From Synechocystis sp. PCC 6803 substr. PCC-P (GTDB lineage: Bacteria > Cyanobacteriota > Cyanobacteriia > Cyanobacteriales > Microcystaceae), in contig NC_017039.1 in the NCBI RefSeq assembly GCF_000284455.1, forward strand, positions 30,001-62,000: a DNA stretch of 32,000 nucleotides. The letters run 5' to 3'. Below are positions 27,340-32,000 of this stretch, piece after piece. The translations under genes were made by a program, and so were the position numbers. The first letter of the stretch is position 1. Every line of letters begins with the position of its first letter. The notes beneath the pieces were generated by a model that was not told the DNA's origin, did not search any database, and was given only the letters and a program-made list of their open reading frames with translations.

Positions 27340-28815
27340 TTAAGCCCGGATGTATTCGTAGGCTTCCACATATTGGAGCCCTGGTTTATTCCAAGAGTAG
27401 TCGTAGGCCATGCCCTGCAAGGCCAAGGTTTTAAAAGCCACGGGATCATCCTTATACAAGGCGATCGCCCGACTGAGGGCCGTTTCCAGGGCATACTCAT
27501 CCGGTTGATAGAAAACAAAACCATTACGTTTCTCCGGGGGATGGTTCTGGTCATAATCCCGGTCGAAAACAGTATTTACCAAACCGCCTACTCCCCGCAC
27601 CACCGGAACGGCCCCATAACGCAGACCAATCATTTGGGTCAAACCACAGGGTTCGTAGTTACTGGGCACCACAATAATGTCCGCCGCTCCGTAAATTAAG
27701 TGGGCCAGCTCCTCGTCAAAGCCCAACTCTAGATGGACATTGGGGTTATCGTTGAGATGTTGTTTTTCATGCCAGAACCATTTGCTCAGATTGGGTTCGG
27801 TGGCGGAGCCGAGCAGGACAAATTGCGCTCCCTGGCTGAGGGCGTAGTAGATGGAGTGATGCACCAAGTGCACACCTTTTTGTCCATCCAAGCGGCCAAT
27901 AAAGCAGAGCATGGGTTTTTTATCATCCGTTTCTAACAGTAATCTTTCCCGTAACGCTTGCTTATTTTTTGCCTTATCGCCAAAGGTTTTGACACTGAAG
28001 TTACTCGCCAGTAAAGGATCAATTTCTGGGTTCCACACTTCGTAATCCAAACCGTTCAAAATACCGCCGAATTTTTGCTGATGGATTTCCAGGGTATGGC
28101 CCAAGCCACAGGAAATATCGGAAAAACGGGCTTCCCAAGCATGGTGGGGGGAAACGGTGTTGACATAGTTGGAGTAGACAATGCCCCCCTTCATGAAGTT
28201 AATCGCATTGGGATTGAAATTATCCTGCAGGCGATCGTAGCTGAAATAATAACTGTCATTATTGAGCCCAGTGGCGTGGAGAATATTGGCTCCAGCAATA
28301 CCCTGGTGTTTGAAATTGTGGATGGTGTAACAAACCCGTTGATGGTCCATGCCATGGAAACGGTAAATTTCATACAACAACACCGGCACCAGTCCCGTTT
28401 GCCAATCGTGGCAGTGGATAATGTCTGGGCGTTTGTTACTGCGTAGCAAAAACTCCATGGCCGCCTTGGAGAAAAAGGCAAAGCGCATATGGTCGTCTAG
28501 AGCGCCATAATAATGACCCCGATTGAAAAAGTTATCAGAAGATTTGGGCTGAATGAAGAAGCAGAGCCTACCGTGAACCCAGCCACAAAAAACATCACAG
28601 AAGATTGAGCTTCCATACCAGGGCACCTCTAGGTTGCGGTAAGCATCGTGTAAACCCCAGATGTGGTCATAGCGCATGCAATCGTACATGGGTAGGATTA
28701 GCTCGACGCAATGGCCCCGCAGTTCCAATTCACGGCTTAGGCCGTAAATAACATCCCCCAATCCCCCAGCCTTAATGACGGGGGCGCATTCTGAGGCAAT
28801 TTGAACGATGTACAT
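27340..28815 (-). CDS. glgA: Glycogen/starch synthase (GT5)
   Basis: 491 aa; IASECAPVIKAGGLGDVIYGLSREL, FCVHDWQ-type HCHDWQTGLVPVLL, MLCFIGRLDGQKG, PSNYEPCGLTQMIGLRYGAVPVVRGVGGLVNTVFD. Confidence 0.96.
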   Translation of the reverse strand: MYIVQIASECAPVIKAGGLGDVIYGLSRELELRGHCVELILPMYDCMRYDHIWGLHDAYRNLEVPWYGSSIFCDVFCGWVHGRLCFFIQPKSSDNFFNRGHYYGALDDHMRFAFFSKAAMEFLLRSNKRPDIIHCHDWQTGLVPVLLYEIYRFHGMDHQRVCYTIHNFKHQGIAGANILHATGLNNDSYYFSYDRLQDNFNPNAINFMKGGIVYSNYVNTVSPHHAWEARFSDISCGLGHTLEIHQQKFGGILNGLDYEVWNPEIDPLLASNFSVKTFGDKAKNKQALRERLLLETDDKKPMLCFIGRLDGQKGVHLVHHSIYYALSQGAQFVLLGSATEPNLSKWFWHEKQHLNDNPNVHLELGFDEELAHLIYGAADIIVVPSNYEPCGLTQMIGLRYGAVPVVRGVGGLVNTVFDRDYDQNHPPEKRNGFVFYQPDEYALETALSRAIALYKDDPVAFKTLALQGMAYDYSWNKPGLQYVEAYEYIRA

Positions 28816-29038
28816 AGAGGCTCCTGATAGCGGTTTTTACTCGACTTCGGCTCGACGGCGATCGAGTTGATTGTATTTTCCTATATTGCCCCTCCCTTGC
28901 AAGCACTGGAGGAGAATTCCCCTGGCCAAGGGGCGATCGCCACCGGAAATTAAAAGATTAAGTTAGTCAAGTAAAAGATTTGGTTCACTACCCATTTTGG
29001 GTCATGGGCCTGGCTTTTTTTAGCCCAAGAATGAAAAA

Positions 29039-29650
29039 CTAACCGTAGTGATGATGCCGTACCAGTAATGTTTCCACCAAGCATTGGGCAGTTGTAAGCC
29101 TTTCTGGATCGTTAGACTGGGCTACCCAGGCGGCCAACTCATTCAAGGAACCATTGACCAAGTGGGCAAAACCCTCAGCATCGACGGCGTCAAGTTCTCC
29201 TTCGGAAACGGCGGTCTGAATCGACCCATGGAGCAAACCAAAGCCATATTGATCAATTTCGGTCAGGTCATCCGCTGCCAAAACTGCGGGAGCTTCCACA
29301 AATACCAAGCGCCGCAGTTCATCCTGCTGGGCAACTTCCAGAAATGCTCGACAGCCGACGATTAACTGTTGCCAATTATTATCTAGGGGTTGAACTTTCG
29401 TTTGGATATAGTCGGTGATTTCTTCGTAGGCCTCGACGATGACAGCTTTAAACAGCCCCCGCTTGTCCCCGAATTGATGATATAAAGCTCCCCTGGTAAT
29501 GGCTAGCTCACTGATAATTTCTTCGGTGCCAGTGGCGGCGTACCCCTTGGTGGCAAACAGGTGACGGGCCCGGTCAAGGATGGCGCGGCGAGTGCGTCGA
29601 GTTTGTTCTGCTTTGGTTAACTTAGCCGGCATGGTGGATGGATTTAACAT
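29039..29650 (-). CDS. pfsR: TetR family regulator; sequence context matches PfsR (iron homeostasis/photosynthesis regulator) of Synechocystis 6803
   Basis: 203 aa; RRTRRAILDRARHLFATKGYAATGTEEIISELAITRGALYHQFGDKRGLFKAVIVEAYEEI. The gene symbol rests on position and recall. Confidence 0.85.
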   Translation of the reverse strand: MLNPSTMPAKLTKAEQTRRTRRAILDRARHLFATKGYAATGTEEIISELAITRGALYHQFGDKRGLFKAVIVEAYEEITDYIQTKVQPLDNNWQQLIVGCRAFLEVAQQDELRRLVFVEAPAVLAADDLTEIDQYGFGLLHGSIQTAVSEGELDAVDAEGFAHLVNGSLNELAAWVAQSNDPERLTTAQCLVETLLVRHHHYG

Positions 29651-29657
29651 TCAGACA

Positions 29658-29718
29658 GTATGTATCTTGACAAGAAAAAAAACTTCCCCTACTTTTGAGA
29701 TACATACAGATTGTATCT
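29658..29718. promoter_or_regulatory. Putative TetR-type operator cluster between the TetR gene and the divergent GNAT gene
   Basis: Perfect 7-7-7 palindrome AGATACA-tacagat-TGTATCT at 29698-29718, plus a 10-bp inverted copy GTATGTATCT (29658-29667) / AGATACATAC (29698-29707). Confidence 0.6.
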
Positions 29719-29748
29719 TTTACGCAAAACTTTCCCCAAGGGGTCGTG

Positions 29749-30423
29749 ATGTCAACCACGCTAAATACCCGTCAAGCAACCACTGCTGACATTCCATTTC
29801 TGGCTAGGATTGAGTACGAGGCTTCCCTACCACCTTTAAATCACTGCTTTTGGGACGATTTGTTGGATGGTACTGGCACCACCGCATTGCAGTTTATCGA
29901 GGCGGAACTAAAGGCTGATGCTTGCAATTGGGGCAATGTGCCGGATTTTCTGATTTTGGAAGCTGGGGGCCAACCAGTTGCGGCCGCCGCCGGATATGTA
30001 CCAGGGACGGATGATTACTGTCCATTATGCCTATCCCAGCTAGGGGCGATCGCCAAGGAGTTGAACTGGGGAGAAGAAACCCTAGAGGGTTTTCGTGAGC
30101 ATTATGTGGGGCTTTGGGGAGGGAATTTACGGCCATTGTTTCTCACACCCCAGGCAACCTGGATTATCGAAAATGTGGCCGTATTACCGGAGGCCCGGGG
30201 CCAAGGTTTTGGCAAAGCGTTACTAAGGGCTTTATTGGCCAAAGGGCGATCACAGGGCCATGAATTTGCTGGCATTATGGTAATCAATGGCAATGACAGA
30301 GCCCGCCATACCTATGAATCTGTGGGGTTTAAACCTTACCAAACCTTTTACAAAGATTATTTCTGGGAACAATTTAAGATTGATTTTCCCGGTGTTACCA
30401 AGTTTGGTATGCGTCTCAACTAA
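29749..30423 (+). CDS. GNAT family N-acetyltransferase
   Basis: ORF 29695..30423; likely ATG at 29749 (MSTTLNTRQATTADIPFLARIEYEASLPP). Acetyl-CoA motif IENVAVLPEARGQGFGKALLRALLAKGRSQGHEFAGIMVINGNDRARHTYESVGFKPYQTF. Confidence 0.92.
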   Translation: MSTTLNTRQATTADIPFLARIEYEASLPPLNHCFWDDLLDGTGTTALQFIEAELKADACNWGNVPDFLILEAGGQPVAAAAGYVPGTDDYCPLCLSQLGAIAKELNWGEETLEGFREHYVGLWGGNLRPLFLTPQATWIIENVAVLPEARGQGFGKALLRALLAKGRSQGHEFAGIMVINGNDRARHTYESVGFKPYQTFYKDYFWEQFKIDFPGVTKFGMRLN

Positions 30424-30523
30424 AAAAGATAACTACCATGTTTGACAAGGGGTGAAACTGGCTGGCTTTAATCATTGGTAATCGGTGGTTGGACTATGAT
30501 CAATTCACCCACACTTTTTCACT

Positions 30524-31522
30524 GTGTCCCCCATGGAATTAACCCCTGAAACCAAGGCCGCTGTGGTTACCCAAGGTTTGACCAAACGTTTCGATCGCCA
30601 GGGGGCGGTGACCAATGTGGATTTAAGCATTGCGGAGGGTGCCGTGTACGGTCTGATGGGTCCCAATGGGGCGGGGAAGACTACCCTAATCCGTATGTTG
30701 GCCACTGCGGAAGAACCCACCAAGGGGGAAATTTATTTATTTGGCGATCGCCTGGTAGCGGGGGCAGACAATTTACGCATCAAACAATATTTGGGCTATT
30801 TGCCGGACGATTATCCCCTCTATGAAGACTTGAACGTTTGGGATTATCTCGATTACTTTGCCCGGTTATATCATTTGAAAAATCCTGGCCGTCGCCACCG
30901 CATCCAGGAAGTGTTGGAGCTAGTGCAACTAACCAGTAAGCGCCACAGCCGCATTAACAGTCTTTCCCGGGGGATGAAACAACGGTTAAGTTTGGCCCGC
31001 ACCATTATCCATGAGCCCATTTTACTCCTGCTGGATGAGCCGGTTTCCGGGCTGGATCCCCTCGCTCGGCAACAATTTCGTGACATTATTCGGGTGTTGC
31101 AGGCCGCTGGCATGACCATTCTGATTTCCTCCCATGTGCTCAGTGACCTGGCTGAACTCTGCACGGCGATCGGGGTGATGGAACTAGGTTGTTTGGTGGA
31201 AAGTACCACTTTGGCAGATTTATATAACCGGCTGGGGCAGCGCACTATCTCCATCTTCCTATTGGAGGGAGTAGAGCAATTGCAGGATTGCCTGAAGAAT
31301 CAACCCGGTGTGGAGGATTGGCAGATAAACTATGACCAGGGAGATCAGCCAAATTCCGCCCCAGGTACCCACTGCTCTGTGATTTTTTCTGGTTCCCCGG
31401 AAGACAGCGCCAACCTGCTCAGAAATTTGATCTATGCTGGTTGTCGAGTCAGTCAATTCCATTGTCAACAGGAGGATTTAGAAAGTATTTTCCTCAAACT
31501 AGGACATCAACAGGTTTCTTGA
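30524..31522 (+). CDS. ABC transporter ATP-binding protein (ABC-2 type)
   Basis: 332 aa; Walker A GLMGPNGAGKTTLIRMLATAEEPTKG, signature INSLSRGMKQRLSLARTIIHEPILLLLDEPVSGLDP, ILISSHVLSDLAELC. GTG start at 30524 or ATG at 30533. Confidence 0.93.
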   Translation: MSPMELTPETKAAVVTQGLTKRFDRQGAVTNVDLSIAEGAVYGLMGPNGAGKTTLIRMLATAEEPTKGEIYLFGDRLVAGADNLRIKQYLGYLPDDYPLYEDLNVWDYLDYFARLYHLKNPGRRHRIQEVLELVQLTSKRHSRINSLSRGMKQRLSLARTIIHEPILLLLDEPVSGLDPLARQQFRDIIRVLQAAGMTILISSHVLSDLAELCTAIGVMELGCLVESTTLADLYNRLGQRTISIFLLEGVEQLQDCLKNQPGVEDWQINYDQGDQPNSAPGTHCSVIFSGSPEDSANLLRNLIYAGCRVSQFHCQQEDLESIFLKLGHQQVS

Positions 31523-31833
31523 CAGTATCAACGGCTGTTCTGCCCTGGTTAAGACTGATAATTTAACTATTTTCTTCTCAAATTACCGTTAATTTATTCA
31601 TCACTAAATCTCTCTCTGTCTAGTTGATTTATTTTCCATTTATCTGAGATTTATTTGACAACTGAAAGCTGTTTCCAATCAGAATTATTTGCTTAATTAA
31701 GAAGCTGATTGAAATTACTTACCCTCACTGCTATCGGTGCTTTACTGAGCAAATGGGGGATTAATTAGGATTTGACTAACAACTGATTGACTTAATTTTT
31801 TGCTTTTTCCTGCCCCACTTCGCCGTCACTGCC

Positions 31834-32000
31834 ATGATTAATTTTTTCTCTACCCATATCGATCGCCTGGGGGATTGGTATCCCCAACTGTACCGGGAAC
31901 TCAAAAGCCGTTTCACTGCTACTAAGGTCCGTTGGTTGCTGTTGGTTAGCGTAATTTTCCAGGGTGTGATGGTATTTTTTCGCACCGGAGAAATTCCCGT
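31834..32000 (+). CDS. 5' end of a probable ABC transporter permease, running off the window
   Basis: ATG at 31834: MINFFSTHIDRLGDWYPQLYRELKSRFTATKVRWLLLVSVIFQGVMVFFSHRRNSR..., open to the edge, downstream of a cognate ATPase. NPQLYRE-like motif followed by a TM segment. Confidence 0.6.
   Translation, partial: MINFFSTHIDRLGDWYPQLYRELKSRFTATKVRWLLLVSVIFQGVMVFFRTGEIP

Noticed and set aside
27337-28446. Plus-strand ORFs antisense to glgA (27337-27699, 28075-28446)
   Set aside because: Antisense to a clearly identified glycogen synthase, with no independent support.
31776-31985. Minus-strand 69-aa ORF
   Set aside because: Overlaps the better-supported plus-strand start of an ABC permease at 31834 downstream of its ATPase.
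1-32000. CRISPR arrays, retrons, prophage or tRNA genes
   Set aside because: No regularly spaced direct repeats, no reverse transcriptase or phage structural motifs, and no convincing cloverleaf were seen on reading the window.

Overview
The window looks like chromosomal DNA from Synechocystis sp. PCC 6803 or a very close strain. This is inferred from recognisable Psb28, HypD, PfsR-like and GlgA proteins and from many HIP1 (GCGATCGC) sites. Bases 1-16.8 kb are a dense iron/siderophore uptake locus: a 5'-partial TonB-dependent receptor on the minus strand (missing from the ORF track because it runs off the window), ExbD, ExbB, a TonB-like protein with an unusual C-terminal extension, a secreted MORN-repeat protein, two exporter-fold ABC proteins, an AraC regulator, a second AMIN-domain TonB-dependent receptor, two FecB-like lipoproteins and a DUF1636-like Cys-rich protein. 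Next come a small AT-rich accessory island (336-aa unknown protein plus a DUF5615/DUF433-like toxin-antitoxin-like pair), a DUF4336-like protein, psb28, a degenerate DinG-like helicase, and a complete 947-bp ISY100 (IS630/Tc1-mariner) element inserted 2 codons before the stop of an IS5-family transposase relic. After that are hypD, rfbD, msrA, glgA, a TetR regulator (pfsR-like) with palindromic operator-like sites, a GNAT acetyltransferase and an ABC ATPase/permease pair. The best leads are: (1) the two ABC proteins carry complementary degenerate motifs, as expected for a heterodimeric exporter-fold transporter (IrtAB/YbtPQ-type hypothesis); (2) the 336-aa unknown protein next to the TA-like pair; (3) the TonB with a coiled-coil/Pro-rich tail; (4) the nested IS structure. 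I found no CRISPR array, rRNA or convincing tRNA.
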